Origin: a candidate division FCPU426 bacterium
Lineage (GTDB): Bacteria > Oederibacteriota > Muellerivitia > Muellerivitales > Muellerivitaceae
Direction: 5' to 3'
Length of the DNA stretch: 46,002 nucleotides
NCBI GenBank assembly: GCA_030038835.1
Contig: JASHQZ010000153.1
Coordinates: forward strand, 1-46,002
The notes beneath the pieces were generated by a model. It ran no database searches and was not told the DNA's origin. It saw only the letters and a program-made list of their open reading frames with translations. A program made the translations under genes and the position numbers. The first letter of the stretch is position 1; each line of letters starts with the position of its first letter. Shown one piece after another: positions 1-8,060 of this stretch.

Positions 1-1
1 T

Positions 2-94
2 TTCGACGGGGGCGCCGCGGCCAACGGCCTTTATTACGTGGCGGTGACGACCCCCTCCGGCCATTGGATCCTGAAACTCCTCGTTTTAAAATGA
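2..94 (+). CDS. 3' end of a gene entering from the left; tail resembles a T9SS-type/FlgD-Ig C-terminal sorting domain
   Basis: Frame 2 reads FDGGAAANGLYYVAVTTPSGHWILKLLVLK-stop (TGA 92-94), with the GxYxV and terminal KLxV motifs typical of such domains. Partial; not in the ORF track. Confidence 0.7.
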   Translation, partial: FDGGAAANGLYYVAVTTPSGHWILKLLVLK

Positions 95-148
95 CGTAAC
101 TTGTCCCTGCTTCCGTCCGTAACATGAGAAAGAAACGGAGAAAAAGAC

Positions 149-616
149 ATGGAAAAGGCGACCTTCGGGGCGGGATGTTTTTGGGGGGTGGAGGAGACTT
201 TCCGCCAGTTGAAGGGAGTGGTCTCCACCGCCGTGGGATACGAGGGCGGCCTCACCAACAACCCCACCTACAAGGACGTCTGCACCGACCGCACGGGCCA
301 CGCCGAAGTGGTGCAGGTGGAGTATGACCCCAAGCGGATTTCCTACGGCCAGCTCCTGGACGCTTTCTGGCACTGCCACAACCCCGCCAGCCTGAACCGC
401 CAGGGGCCGGACATCGGCACCCAATACCGGTCCGTGATCTTTTTCCACGACGCCCAGCAGGAGAAGGCCGCCAAGGCCTCCAAGGAAAAGCTGCAGAAAA
501 CCGGATACAAGAGCCCCATCGTGACCCAGATCGTCCCCGCCGCCATCTTCTGGAAGGCCGAGGATTACCACCAGCAATACCTGGCGAAGAGGGGAATGGA
601 CAACTGCCACATTTAA
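149..616 (+). CDS. msrA: Peptide-methionine (S)-S-oxide reductase MsrA
   Basis: GAGCFWGVE active-site motif, [28 protein letters not shown]-terminal Cys. Confidence 0.98.
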   Translation: MEKATFGAGCFWGVEETFRQLKGVVSTAVGYEGGLTNNPTYKDVCTDRTGHAEVVQVEYDPKRISYGQLLDAFWHCHNPASLNRQGPDIGTQYRSVIFFHDAQQEKAAKASKEKLQKTGYKSPIVTQIVPAAIFWKAEDYHQQYLAKRGMDNCHI

Positions 617-623
617 AAAAGGC

Positions 624-668
624 CCTAGGGACCAGGGGCTGGGTCCTAGTCCCTAACCCCAATTTCCC
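624..668. repeat. Heptamer-period inverted repeat/hairpin after msrA
   Basis: CTAGGGA-CCAGGGG-CTGGG followed by the complementary CCTAGTC-CCTAACC-CCAATTT units. Confidence 0.55.
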
Positions 669-774
669 TTAATTGAGGCCCAAAATTCCCGCAAACAACA
701 CATGAACTGGGAAGGCCTTTGCGCTAAAATCACCCGCATTAAGCCCTTCGGGGACTAAACTGCTAAAAGGACGG

Positions 775-1275
775 TTGATTACAAAGCGAATGAAAATAAA
801 GCCTTGGGTGAGCGACGCGGTGGAAGTGAAGAAAAGCGGCATGGAGGGGAACGGCGTCTATGCCGTCCGTGCCATTAAGGAAGGGGAAGTCATCGGGGTC
901 TTCGGCGGGATCGTGGTTCCCGAGGCGGAAATTGAAAATCTCACCCGAACGGTCCCCGCGGAAAAGCTCAACATCGATCACGCCATGTATATTTACCCCG
1001 GCTTCATCATGCTGCACGATTACGAGAACGGCTGCGACCCCCTTTGCTTCGTCAACCACGCCTGCGATCCCAGCGCCAAGGTCGTCAATGGGGTGGTGCT
1101 GGTGGCCCAACGCGACATCCCCACGGGGGAAGAAATCAGCTGGGACTACCGCCAAACCGACGACGTGGGCAATTGGACCTACGAGTTCAAGTGCCAGTGC
1201 GGCACGCCCAACTGCACCGGCTTAGTGCAGGTGGGGCCCAAGTACCGTACCAAGGTAACCGCCGCCTCCAACTAA
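775..1275 (+). CDS. SET-domain lysine methyltransferase with post-SET zinc motif (start may be ATG 790)
   Basis: GNGVYA, FVNHACDP, EEISWDY and post-SET CQCGTPNC motifs. Confidence 0.93.
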   Translation: MITKRMKIKPWVSDAVEVKKSGMEGNGVYAVRAIKEGEVIGVFGGIVVPEAEIENLTRTVPAEKLNIDHAMYIYPGFIMLHDYENGCDPLCFVNHACDPSAKVVNGVVLVAQRDIPTGEEISWDYRQTDDVGNWTYEFKCQCGTPNCTGLVQVGPKYRTKVTAASN

Positions 1276-1304
1276 GAGACTCTAACAAAAATCAAAAACG
1301 AAGG

Positions 1305-1430
1305 CATTTGAACCACCAAGGTCACCAAGCTCACTAAGAAAATCAAAAATCAAACATCGGATTTTCAGCGTTTTAAGAATCTTTGCCTTTAGTCTTTCTT
1401 GGCGCCCTTGGTGAGCTTGGTGGTGAAATG
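1305..1430. repeat. 9-bp-period tandem inverted-repeat element
   Basis: Left arm ACCACCAAG-GTCACCAAG-CTCACTAAG (1312-1338); right arm CTTGGCGCC-CTTGGTGAG-CTTGGTGGT (1398-1424); AT-rich spacer. Confidence 0.85.
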
Positions 1431-1471
1431 GGTTTTTGTTAGGGGTTCTAAATCCCGCCCCGCTTCCACCG

Positions 1472-1504
1472 ATACCGGCTCCCGCGCGAAGCCGGTATTT
1501 TTTT
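1472..1504 (+). terminator. Intrinsic terminator downstream of the SET gene
   Basis: Stem ATACCGGCT/AGCCGGTAT followed by a T run. Confidence 0.75.
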
Positions 1505-1725
1505 GCCTCCGCCCGTTTTTTCAAGGCCGATGAACCTTCCATCCCGCGCCATGGATCCATTTCCTTCCTGAAAATGATTTACTTCTTAACCGATGGGCCA
1601 ATAAGGCCCCGCTCCGCAAAGGGGCCCGCCCCGGCGCGGCCCCAGGAATCTTTCCAACGCCCTTTGCCCTTTTCATAAAACTTACCCACAATTTTCCCGC
1701 CTGTTTCATTGAAACCCGTCCCGCC

Positions 1726-1752
1726 TCACGTTTTAAGGAAAACAGCCGTTAG
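1726..1752 (+). promoter_or_regulatory. Putative sigma28 (FliA-type) promoter of the FlgE-like gene
   Basis: TCACGTTT-N11-GCCGTTAG versus consensus TAAAGTTT-N11-GCCGATAA; exact spacing; 63 nt before ATG 1816. Confidence 0.55.
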
Positions 1753-1815
1753 AAAGTAATTAAATACCGCCTTTCGACGCCTTTGAACGACCCATTTCGT
1801 TTGGATGGATGACTC

Positions 1816-3702
1816 ATGAGCCTCCGGGCGCTTTACGCTTCCATATCCGGGCTTGATGCCGATAACCAGTGGTTGGACGTCATCGGGAACAACATCTCCA
1901 ACGTCAATACGGTGGGTTTCAAATCCAGCCGGGTTGAATTTTCCGATTTGTTCAGCCAAAACCTTTCCAACGGCACAGGGGACGGCGCCGACCCGGGCTA
2001 CGGGGGAACCGACCCCGAACAGATCGGGTTGGGCACCCGGCTGGGTTCCATTGAGACGATTTTCACCCAAGGCTCCACCCTGAACACGGGGGTTTCCACC
2101 GATATTTCCATCCAGGGCGGGGGCTTCCTCGTCGCCCGGGAGGGGGACCAAACCTTCCTCACCCGCGCGGGGGACCTGACTTTTGACAGCGACGGCTATT
2201 TGGTGAATCCCGAGGGGGATAAGATCCAGGGCCTCATGGCCACCCTTCAATACAGTAAAGACGCCATTAATTCGACTTCCTCGGTCCCAGGCCAGCCCGC
2301 CGTTGTGACGAGCGCCCAGTTGGAGCTGAGCTCGAACGTATCGGCCCTGACGGATATCCAGATCAACAGCGGCATGACCCTGCCGGCCAAAGCCACCACC
2401 GAAGTCACCTTCAAGGGCAATTTGGACTCGCTCCAGCAACCCAATGTTTTGGACCTGTTTCCCGGCGTCTTGAACGGCGCCAATGATCCCACCCTTCCCA
2501 TCGGCGTGGCCATCGCCGTCAACGCCCCACCGATCAACAACGCCATCGACACCACCCGGATGACCATCCAATTCAACGCCACAGGGGGATTCAGCTTGCA
2601 GCAGGTCGCCAACCTTTCATCGACCCCCGCGGGTTTCAACGTGCCGGTCCCCCTGGAAAACGGGTTCATCAACCTGACTTTCGCCAAGGACTTCGCCGGG
2701 GACTATGTGTGGGACCAGCAGCCACCCACACCGCCGGCGGCCCAGGTTTCGGAAACGGTTTACGATTCGCTGGGCAACCCGCGCCAAATCACCGTCCAGT
2801 TCTACCAGGTGAACGACCTGGGGGCCGACGGCATCAACAACCCTAACGGCCCCAACCAGGTTTGCTACGCCTGGTACGCTTTCGACACCACCGGAGGCCA
2901 GCCGGTCTCGACCGCCGATTTGCTGGGCGGGACGGGTATCGGCCAGGGCAACCTGAATCCCCCCGGGTTCTACGACCAGGACGATCCGGGGACCTCTTAT
3001 TTCGGCGACTTCCTCTGGTTCAACACCGACGGTTCCCTCGCTTCCAGCGGAGGGGTCGGGGGAGTGCCCGGACCGGCGGGGCCGGTTGATAATTTCATGA
3101 CCCAGCCCATTATTTACCTCCCGCCGGACAACACCAATCCGCCGGTTTCCCCCATCCCCACCCAAGGCGCCGAGATCGACCCAATCACGCTTAATTTCGG
3201 GACCTATGGCTTGTTGGGCACCGGCGAAAGGAACGGCCTTTACAGTGACGCGGAAGGGAGTTACCAGGTCGTCAATGGGGTCAATACCTATGTGCCCGAT
3301 AATACCGTTTATGCGGCCTCCCAAAACGGCTACCAAGCCGGGACCCTGGAGAATTTGAATATCGAAACCAGCGGTATGATCCAAGGATCTTTCTCCAACG
3401 GGCAAACCGCGGACCTGGCGCAGATCGCGCTGGACCAAGTCCAAAATCCGCAGGGGTTAAGCCAGGTTGGAAACAATGAGTTCGCTTTTTCCACCAACAG
3501 CGGCCCGGTCCAGACGGGGCTGCCCGGCCAGGGGAATTTCGGCACCATCGAATCCGGAACCTTGGAGGGGTCCAATGTGGACCTGACGGTGGAGCTCACC
3601 AACATGATCCTCGCCGAAAGGGGGTATGACACCAATGCCCGGATGATCGCGGTGATCAATGAGACCATGGCCACCCTCGACCAATTGGGCCAGGGTGGAT
3701 GA
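1816..3702 (+). CDS. flgE: Flagellar hook protein FlgE-like, 628 aa, stand-alone
   Basis: N-terminal LDVIGNNISNVNTVGFK, TRAGDLTFDSDGYLV, VYDSLGNP (FlaE-like), C-terminal LEGSNVDLTVELTNMI; large Pro/Gly/Asn-rich central insertions. Confidence 0.9.
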   Translation: MSLRALYASISGLDADNQWLDVIGNNISNVNTVGFKSSRVEFSDLFSQNLSNGTGDGADPGYGGTDPEQIGLGTRLGSIETIFTQGSTLNTGVSTDISIQGGGFLVAREGDQTFLTRAGDLTFDSDGYLVNPEGDKIQGLMATLQYSKDAINSTSSVPGQPAVVTSAQLELSSNVSALTDIQINSGMTLPAKATTEVTFKGNLDSLQQPNVLDLFPGVLNGANDPTLPIGVAIAVNAPPINNAIDTTRMTIQFNATGGFSLQQVANLSSTPAGFNVPVPLENGFINLTFAKDFAGDYVWDQQPPTPPAAQVSETVYDSLGNPRQITVQFYQVNDLGADGINNPNGPNQVCYAWYAFDTTGGQPVSTADLLGGTGIGQGNLNPPGFYDQDDPGTSYFGDFLWFNTDGSLASSGGVGGVPGPAGPVDNFMTQPIIYLPPDNTNPPVSPIPTQGAEIDPITLNFGTYGLLGTGERNGLYSDAEGSYQVVNGVNTYVPDNTVYAASQNGYQAGTLENLNIETSGMIQGSFSNGQTADLAQIALDQVQNPQGLSQVGNNEFAFSTNSGPVQTGLPGQGNFGTIESGTLEGSNVDLTVELTNMILAERGYDTNARMIAVINETMATLDQLGQGG

Positions 3703-3764
3703 AAAAGAAGACCCGCCCCGCGGCGGCCCGGCCCCGGGGCTGAAAGGCCACGGGGTTTGGTTTC

Positions 3765-4550
3765 TCAGGAACCGGTGCTTTGGTACTGTTTCAGGCCCCA
3801 ATCCCAGGCCGCTTGGGCCAAGGCCGCGGAAAACACCGCCACCAGGGGCGCCGCCAGCACGCAACCCGGGGAAACCATCTTCCCGAAAACCCAACCGGCC
3901 GGCAAATAGTTAAAGGCCCCATAGGGCAGGAGGACCAAGAGGCCGTAGTGGACCCAACCGGGGTAAATGCCTAAGGGGTAACGGCTGGCCTGCAGGAGCG
4001 TGTGGGGTATCATGAGGGTGTAGCTGTAGGGACCCACGAACTTAAAGGACAGGCTGCAAAAAACCACCAGGGCGGACATGTAAATCACCCCGCCGGAGAG
4101 GACCCAGAGCGGCACCAGGGCCCAGTCCCACCAAGGCATGTGGAGGGCCAGGAGGGAAACCGCCGCCAGCACCAGGCCGGTTAAAAGATTGCCGAAGGAA
4201 TGCAGCTCGGGCCTGGAAATGAGAAGGAAGGGGAGGGACGGCACGGGGTAGACCAAGAGGCGGTCCAGGTCGCCCATGACGATGTAATAGGGCACCATCC
4301 AGATGTGGTTGAAGAAAAGCTCGGAGATGCCCAGGGACATGGCGGTCAAGCCGAACAAAAAGAGGACCTGGACCTGGCTCCAACCTTCCAGGTTCGAAGT
4401 CTGGTGGAAAATGACCCAAAGAAACCCCAAGGCCGCCAGCTGCAGCATGCTGGAAGTCAAAAGACCCAGCACGAAGTCCAGCTTGTACTCCAGCTTGGCC
4501 TGGAGGGAAGCGGTGAAGGTGGCCCAATAAATTCTTAGTGAATCCCGCAT
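3765..4550 (-). CDS. ABC-2 type transporter permease (ABC2_membrane_6/DUF990-like)
   Basis: About 6 hydrophobic segments; GDLDRLLVYP and RYPLGIYP motifs; operon with an ABC ATPase. Confidence 0.88.
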   Translation of the reverse strand: MRDSLRIYWATFTASLQAKLEYKLDFVLGLLTSSMLQLAALGFLWVIFHQTSNLEGWSQVQVLFLFGLTAMSLGISELFFNHIWMVPYYIVMGDLDRLLVYPVPSLPFLLISRPELHSFGNLLTGLVLAAVSLLALHMPWWDWALVPLWVLSGGVIYMSALVVFCSLSFKFVGPYSYTLMIPHTLLQASRYPLGIYPGWVHYGLLVLLPYGAFNYLPAGWVFGKMVSPGCVLAAPLVAVFSAALAQAAWDWGLKQYQSTGS

Positions 4551-4635
4551 GGCATCCCTCGTTGATTATTACAACCGGTTCAAATCAAAACGGTAATTGA
4601 AAACTCAACATTTAAGACCCCGTGATTTTTTGGGG

Positions 4636-5466
4636 TCATCCCCCTTGTATTTCCAGCTGCCCCAGGGCCTTGCGCATCGTGAAATAGCCCAGGCCGTAAA
4701 GGCCCAAGCCCCAAAGGGCCTGTTCCCCCAAAAGGCGGAGGGCGGCCGCGCCTTCCACGTTCCCCAGGTAAATGGAAATGGGCGTATAAATCACGTGCTG
4801 GAAAGGGAGCCAGCGCCCCACGGACAGCAGGACCGGGGGATAGAGCGTCAAGGGCGCGGAGAAGCCCGAAAAAGTCTGGTGCAGGGCGAGCCGGGAAGCG
4901 AAGATGCCATAGCCGCTGTAGGTGTAGAAGGCCCCCTGGACGAAGAGGAAGACAATGGAATATTGGACCAGGAAAGCCAGGAAAAGGCTGATGATGAAAA
5001 GTCCCAGGGCTTCCGGGCTTTTGGGAAGGATTTGGCCCCCGAGAAAATAAAAGACCCAAGCGAGAATGGTCAAACCCACGAAGCTGTTAAAAAGGCAATC
5101 GCTCAAGGCCTGCATGGCCTGGGAAAGCTGGAAGTCCAGGGGTTTCAACAGGTCGGTGGCGATCAGGCCCAGCCGTATCCTCTGGCCCACCCGCTGGTCG
5201 ATGTTGATGCTAAGGGCGTAGTTCAGGCAGAAAGCCAGGGCCAGGTAGGCGAACATGGCCCGGCGGGACATGGCGATGGAAACCCCTTTCTGACCGTAAA
5301 CGTGGCTCCAGATCAAAACCGAGGTCCCATAGGCGAGCCCCGAAGTGAAAAGGCCCAGGAAGGTGGAGGCCTTGTAGGCGAAATTGGCCTTCAGGGCCCG
5401 GTTGAGATAGGTCAGGTAACCCAGGAGGCTTTCCCGGAAGCTCAAGGGCCTGGCGAGTGGGCGCAA
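4636..5466 (-). CDS. ABC-2 type transporter permease (ABC2_membrane_6/DUF990-like)
   Basis: GLIATDLLKPLD and LPFQHVIYTPISIYLG motifs; multi-pass membrane profile. Confidence 0.88.
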   Translation of the reverse strand: MRPLARPLSFRESLLGYLTYLNRALKANFAYKASTFLGLFTSGLAYGTSVLIWSHVYGQKGVSIAMSRRAMFAYLALAFCLNYALSINIDQRVGQRIRLGLIATDLLKPLDFQLSQAMQALSDCLFNSFVGLTILAWVFYFLGGQILPKSPEALGLFIISLFLAFLVQYSIVFLFVQGAFYTYSGYGIFASRLALHQTFSGFSAPLTLYPPVLLSVGRWLPFQHVIYTPISIYLGNVEGAAALRLLGEQALWGLGLYGLGYFTMRKALGQLEIQGG

Positions 5467-5573
5467 GGATCAATCCTCCAAAATGATAAGCCGGGTTGGC
5501 CTGTCAACCAAAGCCGGGGAATCCTGCCCGCCCCCGCCAGGGCTTCGGGGGACAGCCTCCGCCCTCTTCACCC

Positions 5574-6590
5574 TCATTCCGGAAGCGAAGGCTGCCGGTA
5601 GATGCGCGTGACGATGGTTTCAATGTCGGTTTTTTCCAGGTTGATGTCCACCACCTGGAACTGTTGGAGGATCAATTGAATGAGGGTGGGCGCGGCCCCC
5701 TCCTCCCGGTATTCCACCACCAAGCGGTGCCCCCCGGCCTCGACGACCTTCCCGCCCGAATTCCCGATATCCCGGGACAGGGATTGGGCCGCGGAAGGGT
5801 CCACGGGTTTGTGGGTTTCCGCCACGATACGGCGGTCGCTGGCGTATTTCTGCTCAAACGCCCGGATGGAGCCGTCGAACAACAGCCTCCCCTTGTCCAG
5901 CAAAAGGAGGCGGTCGCAAGTCTCGGTAATGTCCTTCAAGTCGTGGGTGGTGATGAGGAGGGTGATCCCGAATTTGGCCTGGATGTCGGTGATGAACTCC
6001 CGCACCTGCTCCTTCACCGAGAGATCCAGGCCGATGGTGGGCTCGTCCAGGAAGGCGATGGCCGGGGCGTGCAACAGGGCCGCCGCCAAGTCGCAGCGCA
6101 TGCGCTGGCCCAGGGAGAGGTGCCGCACCGGGGTCCCCAGGAGGGGCCCCAGCCCCAAGCGGCGGAGGGCCTCCCCATAGACGGCTTGATAAACGTCCTC
6201 CGGGATGCGGTACATGGTCTTGAGAAGCTCGAAGGTCTCCTGCACCGGGATGTCCCATAAAAGCTGGGGCCGCTGGCCGAAAACCACGCCGATGTTCAAG
6301 GCCAATTGGCGGCGTTCCTTCCACGGCACCCGGCCCAAAACTTCCAGCCTGCCTCCGGTGGGAACGATAATTCCGGTGAGCATTTTCAACGTGGTGGATT
6401 TGCCCGCCCCGTTTTCGCCGATCAAGCCCACTTTCTCCCCGCGGCCGATGGAAAAGGAGAGCCCTTGAACCGCTTGGATTTGCTCGAATTGGCTGGCCAA
6501 GAGGCCTTTCACCGCCCCCAGGAGACCCGGTTGCCGGAGACGGCGTTGATAGCTTTTTGAGAGGTTTTCGACCGCCAGGGCGCTTTCCAT
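5574..6590 (-). CDS. ABC exporter ATP-binding subunit
   Basis: Walker A GENGAGKST, signature LSLGQ, Walker B FLDEPT, H-loop TTHD; start taken as ATG 6590 (MESALAV) after AAGGA. Confidence 0.95.
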   Translation of the reverse strand: MESALAVENLSKSYQRRLRQPGLLGAVKGLLASQFEQIQAVQGLSFSIGRGEKVGLIGENGAGKSTTLKMLTGIIVPTGGRLEVLGRVPWKERRQLALNIGVVFGQRPQLLWDIPVQETFELLKTMYRIPEDVYQAVYGEALRRLGLGPLLGTPVRHLSLGQRMRCDLAAALLHAPAIAFLDEPTIGLDLSVKEQVREFITDIQAKFGITLLITTHDLKDITETCDRLLLLDKGRLLFDGSIRAFEQKYASDRRIVAETHKPVDPSAAQSLSRDIGNSGGKVVEAGGHRLVVEYREEGAAPTLIQLILQQFQVVDINLEKTDIETIVTRIYRQPSLPE

Positions 6591-6787
6591 GGGTTTCCTT
6601 AAAAAAACAAAAAAACCACAACTTCGACCGCATAGGTGGAGCATCTTATTATCGGGAAAAAAAGCTGTCAATGCGGCTTGTTTTTCGTTATCCCATCCTT
6701 TATGAAGAGGGTCATATTGACTGTCGGCGGCAAAGATTCAAAATAAGAACGTACCCCGAAAAAGCAGGGAATCGAAAGGAGGCCTAG

Positions 6788-7048
6788 ATGAACCCTCTTC
6801 GTGAACCTAACGGAAAAGACGCCCAGTTGGAGGATGAAATCGGACGCAATGTCCGAGAAAAGGGGAAGGATTTCTGGATGAAAGTCATCGCCCGGGACGG
6901 ATACGTCAACCTCTGGGGTTTCGTGGACCGGAAGGAGGATAAACGCGAGATCGAGGAGATCGTCCAATCCACGCCGGGAACCCGCCTGGTCACCAACCAC
7001 CTTCGACTCAAGTTATTGGAGGAAAAAAGAGGCGCCGAGCATTTTTAA
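6788..7048 (+). CDS. Single BON-domain protein
   Basis: D-x-x-L...KVIARDGYVNLWGFV...PGTRLVTNHL pattern; GGAGG RBS; no signal peptide. Confidence 0.85.
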   Translation: MNPLREPNGKDAQLEDEIGRNVREKGKDFWMKVIARDGYVNLWGFVDRKEDKREIEEIVQSTPGTRLVTNHLRLKLLEEKRGAEHF

Positions 7049-7121
7049 AGACGCCGCAGGGAAATCCCCGGGCTTGCCCCAGGCTCCGCAAGTGTCGATG
7101 GGCCGGGTTAACCGCTCTCCT

Positions 7122-7150
7122 TTGAAAGACCCCCGGAACCGGCGTACCAT
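7122..7150 (+). promoter_or_regulatory. Putative sigma70 promoter of the second BON gene
   Basis: TTGAAA-N17-TACCAT. Confidence 0.55.
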
Positions 7151-7188
7151 TAAAGCGGGCGCAGATTTCCCCCCAAGGGAGGTTCAAC

Positions 7189-7422
7189 ATGGCGAATCCT
7201 TACATTTCCGATCCGAAGGATGTTGAATTGGAAGCGGCCATCAGCCGGGAGGTCCGGTCGTTGGGGATGGGCATCCACGTGAGCGTGAAGGCGGGGCATG
7301 TGACCCTTTCCGGAGCCGTGGATGATTTTGAAACCAAGCGCGGCATCCTGGAAGTCGTCCGGGGCGTCGCGGGCGGGCATCCCATCACGAACAATGTCCG
7401 CGTGGCGCGGGTGGCCGACTAG
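7189..7422 (+). CDS. Single BON-domain protein
   Basis: [16 protein letters not shown]...[13 protein letters not shown]; GGGAGG RBS. Confidence 0.85.
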   Translation: MANPYISDPKDVELEAAISREVRSLGMGIHVSVKAGHVTLSGAVDDFETKRGILEVVRGVAGGHPITNNVRVARVAD

Positions 7423-7469
7423 GACTTCCATTCCAAATTTTTAGTTTTGCGTTCCTATATTATTCCGGC

Positions 7470-7494
7470 TTCCGGTCCCCTGAGGGGACCGGAA
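7470..7494. terminator. Perfect 11-bp hairpin (terminator or REP-like)
   Basis: TTCCGGTCCCC-TGA-GGGGACCGGAA; no clear U-tract. Confidence 0.45.
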
Positions 7495-7589
7495 ATCCCC
7501 CCGGCTTAAAACTTCAAACTGAAAATCGCCTTCCGGATAGGGTATACTCTCGCCGTTTCGGGCAACATCACTTTTCCGGAGGAATCGGC

Positions 7590-8057
7590 ATGACTTTCCG
7601 CTATGTGGCTTTGGGCGTGATAGCTCTGGTTGGAATCGTCCTATTTGTCTCGGCATGCGCCAAAAAAGAGGCACAGGCGTCCGGCGATTCGGGCGCGGCG
7701 GCCGCCTCGGCCGGCGCCACGGTCACCACTGCCTCGGGGCTCCAATACGTTATTTTGGCCCCGGGAACCGGCCCGGAGGCCAAGGCCGGGGAAAATGTCA
7801 CCGTGCATTACACCGGCTGGCTGACCGACGGCACCAAGTTCGACAGCTCGCTGGACCGGGGACAGCCTTTCAGCTTCGCCTTGGGCGCGGGACAAGTCAT
7901 CAAGGGGTGGGACGAGGGCGTGGCCGGGATGAAAGTCGGCGAAAAACGCAAGCTCGTCATCCCTTCCAACCTGGGATACGGTGACCGGGGCGCGGGCAAT
8001 GTCATCCCGCCCAACGCCACCCTCATTTTTGAAGTCCAGCTCCTCGGCGTCCAATAA
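7590..8057 (+). CDS. FKBP-type peptidyl-prolyl isomerase, probable lipoprotein
   Basis: [43 protein letters not shown]; hydrophobic N-terminus with VSA-C lipobox. Confidence 0.96.
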   Translation: MTFRYVALGVIALVGIVLFVSACAKKEAQASGDSGAAAASAGATVTTASGLQYVILAPGTGPEAKAGENVTVHYTGWLTDGTKFDSSLDRGQPFSFALGAGQVIKGWDEGVAGMKVGEKRKLVIPSNLGYGDRGAGNVIPPNATLIFEVQLLGVQ

Positions 8058-8060
8058 ACC

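Noticed and set aside
1507-1533. Second sigma28 -10-like GCCGATGA
   Set aside because: No -35 element at the required spacing.
1561-1680. Possible c-di-GMP-I riboswitch (minus strand GAAAAGGGCAAA...GAAA; plus strand CGCAAAG) upstream of the FlgE-like gene
   Set aside because: The P2 stem is weak, the second GCAAA is absent, and the better match faces away from flgE; needs an Rfam scan.
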